Positions 18,801-28,036 of a stretch of DNA of 64,000 nucleotides are shown here, piece after piece. The notes under the pieces are model-generated. The model was not told where the DNA came from and did no database searches. It saw nothing but the letters and a program-made list of their open reading frames with translations. Location: IMG/VR virus record IMGVR_UViG_2706794685_000007, one strand, 5' to 3'. Position 1 is the stretch's first letter. Every line of letters begins with the position of its first letter. The DNA comes from an uncultured virus (IMG/VR IMGVR_UViG_2706794685_000007). Lineage: Duplodnaviria; Heunggongvirae; Uroviricota; Caudoviricetes. A program made the translations under genes and the position numbers.

Positions 18801-20397
18801 CTACCCCCATGATCCCTGCTCGCATCAGTTTGAACGCAACCATCGCGGCCACGACCTTACCGAGATTAATTACCAGCTCTTGGTTCTTTGCTAACCATTG
18901 AGCAAGCTGACGCAACCCATCGATTGCCGTTGTTAACCCCGAACCTAAAGAATTGGCAAACGAAATCCCTTCGGCGCTATTCATGATTGAAGCCAGTTCT
19001 TTCATCCCCTTCGATAGAGAATCCAGATATCCGGCCTGACCAACCCGATCAGCAAATAACGTGAATGACGTCTGAAGTTGCGCCAGCGCACCTGTGTAGG
19101 TTTGCATCATGTCTTTCGCTGCGTTCTCATTCTCCGCACGCAGACCAACAAACATCAGAGACAACGCCTGTTTTGCCTCAACCGTACCGCTGGCAACGGC
19201 TTTAGTCAGTTCCCCCATAGTGATGCCTGCTGCGTCCGCCATTGCCTGCATCGCGTTAGGAACGGCTTCACCTAATTGCTGACGTAGCTCTTCCATTGAC
19301 ACGACGCCCTTACCGGACATCTGCTGAACGGCCACAGCCGCACGTTTCAACAGCTCACTATTACCACCAAAACGAGCAACGGAGTCCACCAGCGCCTTCA
19401 GAGAACCATCGGTTGGATCTAAGCCAGCAGAACGAAACTTCACGAAGGAGTCTGTTAACGCCTGCATCGCGAACGGCGCATTTTGAGCCATGTCTACGAT
19501 GTACTTCATATCATCAGCGGCAGCCTGGCCCGGGTTGGACTTCTCCTTATTCAACCCTCGAAGCATCACCCGCATACGTTCCATTTCGGCCGCAGCTTCA
19601 ATAATAGGCTTCTGCCAACCAAACATGATACTGGTGACGGTTCTTGCAGCATCTCCGATCTCACCAAGCAGGAAAATGTTGCCACGAAGGCCAGAGAACA
19701 TACTGCCTTCGTTATTTTTACCGATATGCCAAGAGTAACCACCACGTCCACCGCTACCCCCACCATTTCCGCTTCCTGATGTGCGAACGCGTACAGGCTT
19801 GTTAATCAGTTGCTGACGTCCGATAACTTCGTCCATCTGCTCACGAACTTTTTTTAGTCCCTCGGCAGCCTGGCTTGTTGTCACACCCCAATTACTGAGT
19901 CGCTTCGTCGTGGTATTAAGGCGCGTATTCATGCCACTCACGGACGCAGAGGCTTCTTTGACCTCCGTACCAAAACGGCTTGCGCTTTTGCTTGCATAGG
20001 TCGCCCAATCAGAGAAATCATTTAGCTCTGATTGCACTTTACGTAATGACGCGGTGAGTTTATCTACTGAAGAAGTTGTCGTATCGACGCGCTCAATCAG
20101 GGCTTTAAGACCAGAATTGAGGCTGGTGATGTTGCCACGCATTTTACGCGTAGCATCTGAAGCAAGCTCAAAACCGGCAGCTACATCCTGTAGTTTATCT
20201 GCCGTAGAATCGAGCTTGCTTTCCAGAACGCCAATGATACGGGCGACCGAACCCAAAGAGCGTTCAAAGGTTTGGATTTTTTGAGCAGGCTTTGTTACCT
20301 GCTCACCAAATCGAGTAAGCAGTTTTCCCGCACGATCGATTGACGCTGTAAACTGTTTGTCTTCCAGCGACAGGATAAACTCTACGTTTTGTGACAT
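15835..20397 (-). CDS. Tape measure protein
   Basis: ~1520-aa helical protein, tape-measure domain (QQMSGKGVVSMEELRQQLGE), FANGG..., EKRPGGSL end. Confidence 0.92.
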   Translation of the reverse strand: MSQNVEFILSLEDKQFTASIDRAGKLLTRFGEQVTKPAQKIQTFERSLGSVARIIGVLESKLDSTADKLQDVAAGFELASDATRKMRGNITSLNSGLKALIERVDTTTSSVDKLTASLRKVQSELNDFSDWATYASKSASRFGTEVKEASASVSGMNTRLNTTTKRLSNWGVTTSQAAEGLKKVREQMDEVIGRQQLINKPVRVRTSGSGNGGGSGGRGGYSWHIGKNNEGSMFSGLRGNIFLLGEIGDAARTVTSIMFGWQKPIIEAAAEMERMRVMLRGLNKEKSNPGQAAADDMKYIVDMAQNAPFAMQALTDSFVKFRSAGLDPTDGSLKALVDSVARFGGNSELLKRAAVAVQQMSGKGVVSMEELRQQLGEAVPNAMQAMADAAGITMGELTKAVASGTVEAKQALSLMFVGLRAENENAAKDMMQTYTGALAQLQTSFTLFADRVGQAGYLDSLSKGMKELASIMNSAEGISFANSLGSGLTTAIDGLRQLAQWLAKNQELVINLGKVVAAMVAFKLMRAGIMGVVGAGSQMVSTFATMATAIQTPFNLGATAVTRFNRAARMGLAPIPSLIFAIRGAITGLKGAFAGLTAFIAANPIGAAFTVATVAVAGLITYMTMLRSETSKVVDEIRKIPEAMTAAKRAQMAEYKARLEQQITQKEQELKSGEKVVYGPGMAGTTVKINQDERKRIENELNDLRKKRDKTTGAIERGDIAVAKRLAKDAAESQIEKIREENRDFAATFVKARQEALDKIQKINDDGSLSDDEKNKLLAPLRETVNKSYLEPAQKLVDSLSSRKNAVEGQIATLNDQLEKAKKEGNTEQIKKLQGSIRGYQENLEVVAQELTQAEFERDNAAKTGKGVMSNQGTVLGLGTTDKAAQKALAQYMRNQMDSATYQRTLPDGTPMMDFEGKPIIGPKQLKTQLNLQKASSASSLEKMSDEERAAAIAALTKAREQDAAAAEKAAQRSANASQRAAKKEQAAQQKLAAGYQKALDKADQLMGQMGESSKATVSFDQSLRDTTKSLTDLANAVPNEFITQEMIDKAKKRLEDLKNATPEYREMFNRRNVEQMISTWAPESDSIISAGYTPSREEKVADFEDTYNRNLKALIELRDKASDPKVVALYTKKINQLIAAGNTALIKETGTATQKLALEYENLAEQIESTWTDLFSGLTDVLTDFVINGKMSFSSLSQSILKDITNMVVKSQITLPLMNMLGMGTTAAGSSQSGNLLTGVASAVANQGVRMGNTVNGDKSVGEATKETSSSVTGLGQTTQQTTSAIGTATNAIGSWVSGLFDSTEAKDAETKAVKDSIFSMQNLSSVTGALSAAFAMLGANASGSGNKWLSFGATVASGLVSAWAGGGFDSVTSSSAKTATSSVADGTKGIPAIPKFANGGIFGKDGVIPLRAYQKGGIANSPQLALFGEGDMNEAYVPLPDGRTIPVTLSTDGMSGGGNVLSPVSIEINVHSDGSTTESGDTESIWNNAAQRMKAIALETIAQEKRPGGSLNPNTQRN

Positions 20398-20404
20398 TCC
20401 CTTG

Positions 20405-20764
20405 TCATCCTCTGCCAAATATTTGCATCAGTTGCTCTTTGGCGTCAGGGTCTGCCCTATCCTGGCTTGGATCGTAGACTTTATCTGTTACGACTGGTCT
20501 TCCAATCCTGAGTTGCAAACCCTCCATGAACGCCTTCACGCTCTCGCCATCTGCCTGAGCAGCGAGAGCGACTTGCAGGTTGCGGACATCCTCTTCCGCA
20601 CGTAGACGGTCGATGTTGCGACTGAGCATCCAGAACATCGTGAGAGGGATGTTCAGTAGTTCTAACGGCGACACGGCGTAGTGAGCAACTACACGACTGA
20701 AATAGAATCCGAGATCTATTGAGACGGTCCTTGTCCCGGATTCATCGCGGGAAATTACTTTGCC
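20405..20764 (-). CDS. Tail assembly chaperone GT, -1 frame extension
   Basis: -1 frame is open from GGCAAAG (20758-20764) through VISRDESGTRTVSIDLGFYFSRVVAHYAVSPLELL to 20405. Confidence 0.75.
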   Translation of the reverse strand, partial: GKVISRDESGTRTVSIDLGFYFSRVVAHYAVSPLELLNIPLTMFWMLSRNIDRLRAEEDVRNLQVALAAQADGESVKAFMEGLQLRIGRPVVTDKVYDPSQDRADPDAKEQLMQIFGRG

Positions 20765-21072
20765 CCTTCGCCAGCCGCTTTTTCGTTTTCTTCATCAATC
20801 ACTTCCATAGCGAAGGTGAAGATCTGCTGAAGTTGCGGAACAGTCAGTTTTTCAAGAACTTCGTCGGGCACTGAAGGGATAACCTTGCGAACCAGATCTG
20901 CATAAGCTGTCACTTGCTCAACAGGAGACATATTGGTCAGATCTTTACCTTCCATCTGCTTAATGGAAACGAACAGACCTACCGTCATTTCAACGATGGG
21001 ATATTCCTGGCCGCCAAATTTGACACTTTTTTTAGGAGGTAGGATGGAGTCGAGATCGAGTAATTTTGTCAT
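20755..21072 (-). CDS. Tail assembly chaperone G
   Basis: Position between tail tube gene and tape measure gene; ends in a slippery-like heptamer. Confidence 0.75.
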   Translation of the reverse strand: MTKLLDLDSILPPKKSVKFGGQEYPIVEMTVGLFVSIKQMEGKDLTNMSPVEQVTAYADLVRKVIPSVPDEVLEKLTVPQLQQIFTFAMEVIDEENEKAAGEGAK

Positions 21073-21139
21073 TTGTTAAAATCCTTTTAAAAGAGAGGCC
21101 CATCATGAGCCTCAATTTATAGATTAATAAGTTGCTTGA

Positions 21140-21877
21140 TTATTGATTAACCGTCACTAATTTGGTTACTTTCTTGCTACCGCTATTGCTGGTGAATGAT
21201 ATGTTTGCAGAACCTTGTTCCACACCACGCACAAGACCAGTCTGATCAACAGTGGCTTTTTTATTATCAGATGACCATACGCCTGTTTTATCAACTACAT
21301 CATCTGGGGTGAAATTAGCAGTCAGTTGAACTGTCGCCCCGACCTTTACACTCGGAGATTCAGGTGTAATCGTCACGTTTTTCACCGGTTTTGGGCCACT
21401 CATTTTGCCAAGAACCCCCTCATCATCAGGGTACGCGTTGAACTGAACAGAGAACACACGTACATCATCAGACTGGTAGGACATAGTGAAGTTGCCAGCG
21501 GTTGCCGCTTTCGGGAGCGTCAACACATAGTCGGTGGTGTCCTGCGGTGTCAGGACGAGTTCCTTCGCCACGTTGATCAGATTTACGCCCTGTGCAGATG
21601 TGATGGTGACGGAGTTGTCATCTTCGCTCAAAGTAGAACCAGGCATAAGATCGACCATGTTTTTGAGCACAGACTCGGCCAGAGGTGCGGTAATGGTAAT
21701 GTTACGCCCCTGAACCAATTCAGAGATTACAGTCTGACCTTGTTGATCGACTGTAACTTTAAGCGTTTCAGTGGCTACTTCAACCTGAACACCACCTTTG
21801 GTGTAACCCAGATCCACACCACCAAATGATACCTTGCAGGCACCAAGCTTGATGTTTTTTACATGGGTATTAGACAT
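21140..21877 (-). CDS. Major tail tube protein with C-terminal Ig-like (Big_2) domain
   Basis: DLGYTKGGVQV motif; C-terminal VKVGATVQLTA...WSSDNKKATVDQTGLV. Confidence 0.85.
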   Translation of the reverse strand: MSNTHVKNIKLGACKVSFGGVDLGYTKGGVQVEVATETLKVTVDQQGQTVISELVQGRNITITAPLAESVLKNMVDLMPGSTLSEDDNSVTITSAQGVNLINVAKELVLTPQDTTDYVLTLPKAATAGNFTMSYQSDDVRVFSVQFNAYPDDEGVLGKMSGPKPVKNVTITPESPSVKVGATVQLTANFTPDDVVDKTGVWSSDNKKATVDQTGLVRGVEQGSANISFTSNSGSKKVTKLVTVNQ

Positions 21878-21950
21878 TGATGGAAACTCCTTTTTCCGTT
21901 AATTTCACGCATTCATTGCGCTATATTTAAGTATATACTTACCTATTTAT

Positions 21951-22334
21951 TTAATTCAATAAATAGCCAGCAAATTCAACTGGAATACCGGCTTCTATTA
22001 ACGATCCATCATTTTTCGGATAAACGACAGGCATAGCCATAGGCCGTACAAGTCGAAAATAGACCTCTCCAGATTCCGTTTCCTCTACGGGAAACATATC
22101 AATGATCTTACGCGCTTTCTCAATAGTCGTTGTAATTGACGAGCCACGCACAATGATTGTGAACGACTCATGATAAAAGCCCTGTAACTCATGATCGATA
22201 CTGATACCGGTATTTGGGTTAATAAGCAGGACACCGGATTTGACATAGGCAGGTAAGTAATGACAGAAAATGTCTGTCCCTACCGTGCCAATCTTTGCCT
22301 TCTGCATCAAATTTGCAAATGCTTCAATAAACAC
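21951..22334 (-). CDS. Probable tail terminator/completion protein (GTG start inferred)
   Basis: Size and position immediately before the tail tube gene. Confidence 0.55.
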   Translation of the reverse strand: MFIEAFANLMQKAKIGTVGTDIFCHYLPAYVKSGVLLINPNTGISIDHELQGFYHESFTIIVRGSSITTTIEKARKIIDMFPVEETESGEVYFRLVRPMAMPVVYPKNDGSLIEAGIPVEFAGYLLN

Positions 22335-22335
22335 A

Positions 22336-22809
22336 TTAACCTCTCGTAAACCCGGCTTTTTTGGCAGCCTCAAGAATCGCTTCGGAGAACTGCTTCTCGC
22401 TAATTTCCACCGCTCTTTCCAGAAAGTGTGGACCAACACGAGGTTTTACACCTTCAATTGGTGGGTTTGTCACGTTCTTCATTCGAGAAAGATAACCGAG
22501 ACGGTATTTGCCCAGCTCCATGTACTTAGCATAGTCACCTACTTCTACGCCAGGATGCCCCTGACGTGGCTTTGCCCCAGACACAGAAAGCTCAATGCGC
22601 AGCCCTGAATAACCTTCTTTAATCACCCTAGCAAAGATGGCTGTCTCCAGAGATCCGGTTTCCAGCGGGGCCATTGCACGGCTGAGGCGCTCAACCAAAC
22701 GCGCCAGCTTTTCCATGTCCCGAATAAGATATCGCTTAAATGCTTTCTGGCTGTTGTTGAGTCTATTCCCCGCACGTTTGAACTGATGCGCATCGTATTT
22801 CAGACCCAT
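22336..22809 (-). CDS. Neck/tail completion protein (HK97 gp10-like)
   Basis: APLETGSLE, YAKYMELG, GPHFLERA motifs. Confidence 0.65.
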   Translation of the reverse strand: MGLKYDAHQFKRAGNRLNNSQKAFKRYLIRDMEKLARLVERLSRAMAPLETGSLETAIFARVIKEGYSGLRIELSVSGAKPRQGHPGVEVGDYAKYMELGKYRLGYLSRMKNVTNPPIEGVKPRVGPHFLERAVEISEKQFSEAILEAAKKAGFTRG

Positions 22810-23144
22810 ATATTCGCCCCTACTTCAAGATGCCCAGGTCTTCCTCGTAGCCCCCAGCGGCGATGAACACTGGACACCTTTAATTTTTGACCTTCAAGGA
22901 TCAGTACATCATCAAGTTCTACAGCCGATTCCAAAGGAACAACTAACACAGCATCAAACAGCTCCAGACTCGCCTTGCCACGACTACCAGAGCTATCAGC
23001 ACGAACTGACGATTTCTCATTACTCTGTTCGAATTTAACTACACCTACATTCGTCTTCCTGACGAACTGCAATTGCGCTTCACCGTAGACGTTCTTTGTG
23101 CCAAAGCGGTAGATCGCAATTTCTGTTTGCCATGAAATATTCAC
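22800..23144 (-). CDS. Probable head closure protein
   Basis: Beta-rich 114 aa; position in the neck cluster. Confidence 0.55.
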   Translation of the reverse strand: MNISWQTEIAIYRFGTKNVYGEAQLQFVRKTNVGVVKFEQSNEKSSVRADSSGSRGKASLELFDAVLVVPLESAVELDDVLILEGQKLKVSSVHRRWGLRGRPGHLEVGANIWV

Positions 23145-23215
23145 GCTCTCTCCCTGTTGTCGATCTCATTGCCAGCCAAAACTATTGCTTCCAAAACCAA
23201 ATAATGAGAAAGACA

Positions 23216-24049
23216 TTACGAACGTCGGACAATCATACGATTGTCTATATAACGGATCAGTAAACGCCAGGTGCTGCGAGCAACATGCACGTTTGCTGAT
23301 TTACCGGTACGATACATGTTGGTAGTTTCACCGATAGATTCTGACAAAATGCCATCCTCTCGTGCTGCGACGATATCATTGCCATTTGCTATCTCACACG
23401 CTTCATTAACAACGGCTAGCATTAACGCTTCTTTGAAGTAGTCAGGGAACTCTTCAAACTTCTCCTGAGTAATCTTTTCCCAATCGACTAAATCATGCCG
23501 GTACGCTCCATCTGCTCCCCACGGAATGTCATACACATTCAGCATATTTTGAGGGCGATCGTATCGGTCAAAGTCGATACGTAGAATTTTGCGGATTGAG
23601 AACGGTAAAGTTTTAATACGTCTTGTAGCCTCAATGAGACGCTTGCGCATTAAGCCTTCACCATCCGACAGCAAAGTGTCCCCATTCAGCATATCGATCG
23701 CCTGCATTTGAGCATCAGCGACAGTTGCAAACGACTGTTCTGGTATCGACAGTTCAAAAGTATTCAGCAGAACATACATTTGACGCTCTTCATGCGTCAG
23801 GCCCGATGCAACAGCCTTCACAATGACGTACCGCAGATCTCGCTCTTTCTCAGAGAGCTGGTTATATTCAGCCGACACGACAACCGGAATCGACATTTGA
23901 CCGCTGGTAATTTCTAGCGGCTCGCCATCAACGAGAATAGCCCCGGTGCTGTCCTTTACTGTGTAGGTGGCAGATTCGATATCCAGCACGTTGAAGGCAA
24001 ATGAAAGAGAAACAGCTTCACCGCTACGATACGAGTCGATCTGCGCCAT
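23216..24049 (-). CDS. Probable head-tail adaptor
   Basis: SFATVADA and GILSESIGETT motifs; position after the capsid genes. Confidence 0.6.
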   Translation of the reverse strand: MAQIDSYRSGEAVSLSFAFNVLDIESATYTVKDSTGAILVDGEPLEITSGQMSIPVVVSAEYNQLSEKERDLRYVIVKAVASGLTHEERQMYVLLNTFELSIPEQSFATVADAQMQAIDMLNGDTLLSDGEGLMRKRLIEATRRIKTLPFSIRKILRIDFDRYDRPQNMLNVYDIPWGADGAYRHDLVDWEKITQEKFEEFPDYFKEALMLAVVNEACEIANGNDIVAAREDGILSESIGETTNMYRTGKSANVHVARSTWRLLIRYIDNRMIVRRS

Positions 24050-24483
24050 TACTCACCGCCTTGTGCTTTCAGGATGCCGTCAATCATTTCGACAATTCCT
24101 TTCGCCTTAACACCAATCTTATTCCCAATTGAACGTAAACCGGCAATACCCTCACTATCAGCAATTGACTCCAGTTCTTCCCGTGTGAAAGTTTGAATTG
24201 GTTTAGCTGGTTCATCTGCCGTTCCGCGCTTCATTGGAACAATGTCAGGTGCTGATGGCTCAACAATCTGATCTACGTTCAGATCATTACGTTCGCCATA
24301 TGCAGCAGATGGAGAAACGTTTTTACCCTCAACAGTTGATGCGCGCATTGATGCACAAATCCTCTGCTGGTCGATAAAAGGTAACTCGGAAACGGATACC
24401 CCATTCTCAAACTTAACTCCACACAACATTCCCGAATAATCAGAAAATTGCGGTTCCAATAAACGAATTTTTGCTGGTTTCAT
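24049..24483 (-). CDS. Conserved virion-cluster hypothetical protein
   Basis: ORF coupled to the adaptor gene; helical C-terminus. Confidence 0.5.
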   Translation of the reverse strand: MKPAKIRLLEPQFSDYSGMLCGVKFENGVSVSELPFIDQQRICASMRASTVEGKNVSPSAAYGERNDLNVDQIVEPSAPDIVPMKRGTADEPAKPIQTFTREELESIADSEGIAGLRSIGNKIGVKAKGIVEMIDGILKAQGGE

Positions 24484-24580
24484 TACGCTTTCTCGCTATA
24501 CAGGCATATTTAAAACCTACAAAAAGGGTGGGCGTATAGCCCACCCTTAAGCATAGGTAATTACATACCTATTGTTTTAG

Positions 24581-25501
24581 TTAAATTTTTACATTGTTCA
24601 GTGCAGCGATAGCCTTATCGTGCTTATTCGCCAGAGAGCAGTACCATTTCACACGAGTACGTACTGCATCTTTATTCTGTACCGTGCCAATGTTCTCCAC
24701 AACGATACCAGCATTGTCACCGCCATACAGACCGGTAAGACCATTTTCTTCTGACAAATGCAGACAATAAATGTTAGCAGTACCTTCCTGGCCTTCCGTT
24801 TTCTGCTCTGAACCTTCAGTAACTTTAACCCCATTTTTAGGAATGAAGTCGTTAACAATAAATGGAATACCATTATGGCACAGCATAGGACGACCGAAGT
24901 TCTCCATCATGATTTCAGACGGGCCTACGTTTACTGTACGCAGCAGCGCACGGTAAGCACGCAGGTGCTCTGAACGCATCATGATGCAGTCAGCGCCCAA
25001 ATCTTTCACCGCATCGACCAGCTCGTCGAACATAGAGAAAGTCATAGATGCACCAGCAATGTCGATCTTCTGATCTTTGTGCATCAGACGCGGAATACCA
25101 TCAAACGCTTTGGTATTAGTTTCAGAATTACCCAAGATCAGATTTCGACGGAATGCACGAGCCAGACCTTTCACTTTCTGGCGAACCTGAACAGCCAACT
25201 GATTGTTAGTATCGGACATAGTTGTTGCCAAGAATTTATCAACGTCAACGTCACCAGCCAGAATACGCAGTTTTGCAACATGTTCGCTGAATGTTGCTGC
25301 GCCTTCCGCAATAGTATCGTTTACATCAATAAAGGTCGCTTCACTAAGCGTTGCTTCGCGATTATAAAGATATGCCTTCGAGTTAATCTTCATAAAAGGC
25401 AGAATCGCAAACAGGTCATCGCGATCGATGATAGTTTCGATCACACCCTGTTCAAGTTCATTATTGGATAGCTTTTCAGCTTCTTCACGCAGTAATGGCA
25501 T
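24581..25501 (-). CDS. Major capsid protein
   Basis: ILAGDVDVDKFL, AFDGI, RTRVKWYCSLA; follows scaffold gene. Confidence 0.88.
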   Translation of the reverse strand: MPLLREEAEKLSNNELEQGVIETIIDRDDLFAILPFMKINSKAYLYNREATLSEATFIDVNDTIAEGAATFSEHVAKLRILAGDVDVDKFLATTMSDTNNQLAVQVRQKVKGLARAFRRNLILGNSETNTKAFDGIPRLMHKDQKIDIAGASMTFSMFDELVDAVKDLGADCIMMRSEHLRAYRALLRTVNVGPSEIMMENFGRPMLCHNGIPFIVNDFIPKNGVKVTEGSEQKTEGQEGTANIYCLHLSEENGLTGLYGGDNAGIVVENIGTVQNKDAVRTRVKWYCSLANKHDKAIAALNNVKI

Positions 25502-25526
25502 CTATCAATTCCCTTTGATTTAGATG

Positions 25527-26414
25527 TTACTTAAGTCCAATTTTCCCAAGACCAGAGGTCAACTTATCCATAGTCGACTTGTTCTTCGGTTGGGATATTG
25601 TGTAGGTCGATTTGGAATGTGAGCCTACACCCTGCTTGGCTTCGCTACGCATCAATGCGTCAGCTTCCGGATCTGCCCGCACAATGCGTTCAATCGCGGA
25701 TTCAAACGGCAACGGCTTACCTTCACCGTCAACCAGAACAGCTCGTTCTTTATGACCTGCCGGTTTGTCATAACCCACTACGCTACCGTCTTCACCCACT
25801 TCAAAATGAGAACCGTAGATCACGCGGGCTTTTGCCGGGGTCATCAGAACTTTGTCACGTAGGAAGAGAGAGTTACTGAAGGAAGCGCCCACGGTCATCT
25901 CGACTAATTGAGATTTCAGTGATGCGTTTTCACTTTCCAGTGCTGTATAACGTTCGTCACGCTGTGCCAGCTCTGCCTGGTGTGCTTCGATCATCTGTTT
26001 TTTAACAGCATCGAACTCACCACGACGCTCCAGTTCAGCTTGCTCCGCCTCACGACGTGCATTTTCTGCGGCCTGTTCAGCTTCTAAAAGCTGGCGAGCA
26101 CGCGCCGGGTCGATATCACCGTACTGAGCAAGCTGATCGGCCAATGTGCGCTCTTTCTCTTTGCGCTTCATGTTCTCCTTCAGCAGTTCAGCACCAGCTT
26201 TCTTGGTTTTACGAAGTTCGGCCAGTAACTCTTCCTGAGTCATGCCAGCGTATTCGTCATCGCCCTTCGGCTGCTCTTTTTGTTCACCCTGTTTGTCAGG
26301 ATCTTGTGTGCTCTGCTCATTATCAGCAGCTACACCGCCAGCGCCTCCACGCTCATGCGCTTCAGCGACATCCATCAGACCACGACGGGCCAAAAGCATT
26401 TGCCACAGATTCAT
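25527..26414 (-). CDS. Capsid scaffold protein
   Basis: Charged coiled coil between portal and capsid genes. Confidence 0.7.
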   Translation of the reverse strand: MNLWQMLLARRGLMDVAEAHERGGAGGVAADNEQSTQDPDKQGEQKEQPKGDDEYAGMTQEELLAELRKTKKAGAELLKENMKRKEKERTLADQLAQYGDIDPARARQLLEAEQAAENARREAEQAELERRGEFDAVKKQMIEAHQAELAQRDERYTALESENASLKSQLVEMTVGASFSNSLFLRDKVLMTPAKARVIYGSHFEVGEDGSVVGYDKPAGHKERAVLVDGEGKPLPFESAIERIVRADPEADALMRSEAKQGVGSHSKSTYTISQPKNKSTMDKLTSGLGKIGLK

Positions 26415-26435
26415 AAAAATTCCTTTTGTTACTTA

Positions 26436-28010
26436 TCACTCGTTCTCTTGAGTAGATGAGTCCCCATTCCCTCGGGGTTGATCTTGCCCGCTTTCTTGGG
26501 CTGCACCACGATCATAAGTAAGTACTGACTTATTTTCAAGGGTATTTAGATCATTTTTTGGAGGAAAATTCAAGAGATCTTTATCAAATTCCTTTTTCAT
26601 CGCCTCAGTAATGTTCGGGAAAATCTTCTCAATAAGCATTTCCATCTGGTGACGACGTACAGAGTCCGGTGCCTGAAGTAATGACAGTTTCTCGGCAACA
26701 GAAAATTCATCAGTAAGGCCACGAATATCGAAACTTTCTGGATACGCAATTAAAGAGTGGTCTTCGTCCAGATCTACCCCCATCCATTTCGCAACCAGTA
26801 GCATGATTTGGCGTTCAGCCCTTTCCAGACGCTCTGCTTTTGTGACAAGCAAGCTATTTACACGCTGGAAGTCATACATTTTTGCGGCACCAGATGAATT
26901 ATCGATTCCCTGTGCGTTGTCCTGCTTCGTTCGCTCACCAGCTACACCAACTGAATGGTAGATTTCGTTAATCACCGTCTTAATCGTAGTGATGATCATC
27001 TGAGCTTGTTTCGGGTCTGGTGACAGATAAAACGGCTGGTTTCCACCTTCAGAATCGTAGGTGAAGACTCGCTTTGTGCCCATTTCAAGCACTTTAGTGT
27101 GGTTTTCATCACCAGGTAAAAGCGACTGTACCGGTATAGCCAACTGGCTAAATGTCTGATCCTGAATAATGGCATCAAGGTTTGACAGATAGTTTGCAAC
27201 CGCACGATCAAGATAAGCGATATCATCGATCAACGATGGGCTGAAATACGGTGATTCACTTTCTCCAATACAATCAACAGGAAACACAGGAACTACGCCG
27301 AGATTATGCTCACCGCTATCCTCTAAAATAACTTTTGCCTGACGGCGACCTGCTCCACCAGCGCCCTTCTTCACTTCCTCACGGAACAGATACCACTCGT
27401 TTTGTGTCCACAGACGATAACGTTGGTATTCCTGACCTGTAGAAGTAAAAGGATCTGCGTCATCACGAGCGACTTCCACAATTAACGCCCACAACATATT
27501 CCCGTCGTCGTCCCATGCCACATCCAGCATTTGCTGAGGTGAAATCCAGTAGGCGTAGGCGCGAGCATCTTTCTTTTTCTCGTCAGCTACTGACTCAACA
27601 TCACCACTCATCGTGCTATCGACAACAACCCATATGCGACCGTAAATAGACGACTGCAAATCAATGGCGGCCATAAATGAGTCAATAGAGGCATTCTGGC
27701 GAGTCGCACGTTTCCAGAAATTGCGGATCTGCTCTGGTGCCTCTTCGATATTTCTATGAATGTCTTCTTTAAAGAGATATTTGTTGATGAGGTTTACCAC
27801 CTCACGAGTGTGGTTGAAGCGATAGGCACGCTCAACACGCTCCTTAAACTCCTGATCTCCCTCTTTAAAGTAACGAAAGATATTGTCTGTAAACCAACCA
27901 CGCCCGCCAGCGTAAGTGCTGGCGAGGAAGTCCCAATGTTCTTTTTTCTTTTCGTATTCCGGGTGGCGTCGCGCCACCAGATCCTTAATTTGTTTGTCGT
28001 TCAAATCCAT
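26436..28010 (-). CDS. Portal protein
   Basis: 524 aa after TerL; LGVVPVFPV, SSGAAK motifs. Confidence 0.85.
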   Translation of the reverse strand: MDLNDKQIKDLVARRHPEYEKKKEHWDFLASTYAGGRGWFTDNIFRYFKEGDQEFKERVERAYRFNHTREVVNLINKYLFKEDIHRNIEEAPEQIRNFWKRATRQNASIDSFMAAIDLQSSIYGRIWVVVDSTMSGDVESVADEKKKDARAYAYWISPQQMLDVAWDDDGNMLWALIVEVARDDADPFTSTGQEYQRYRLWTQNEWYLFREEVKKGAGGAGRRQAKVILEDSGEHNLGVVPVFPVDCIGESESPYFSPSLIDDIAYLDRAVANYLSNLDAIIQDQTFSQLAIPVQSLLPGDENHTKVLEMGTKRVFTYDSEGGNQPFYLSPDPKQAQMIITTIKTVINEIYHSVGVAGERTKQDNAQGIDNSSGAAKMYDFQRVNSLLVTKAERLERAERQIMLLVAKWMGVDLDEDHSLIAYPESFDIRGLTDEFSVAEKLSLLQAPDSVRRHQMEMLIEKIFPNITEAMKKEFDKDLLNFPPKNDLNTLENKSVLTYDRGAAQESGQDQPRGNGDSSTQENE

Positions 28011-28036
28011 TTGAATAACCTTAGATAATTACTTAC

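Noticed and set aside
7406..20284. Numerous + strand ORFs opposite the tail genes
   Set aside because: Antisense by-products of Ala/Ser-rich coiled-coil coding sequence
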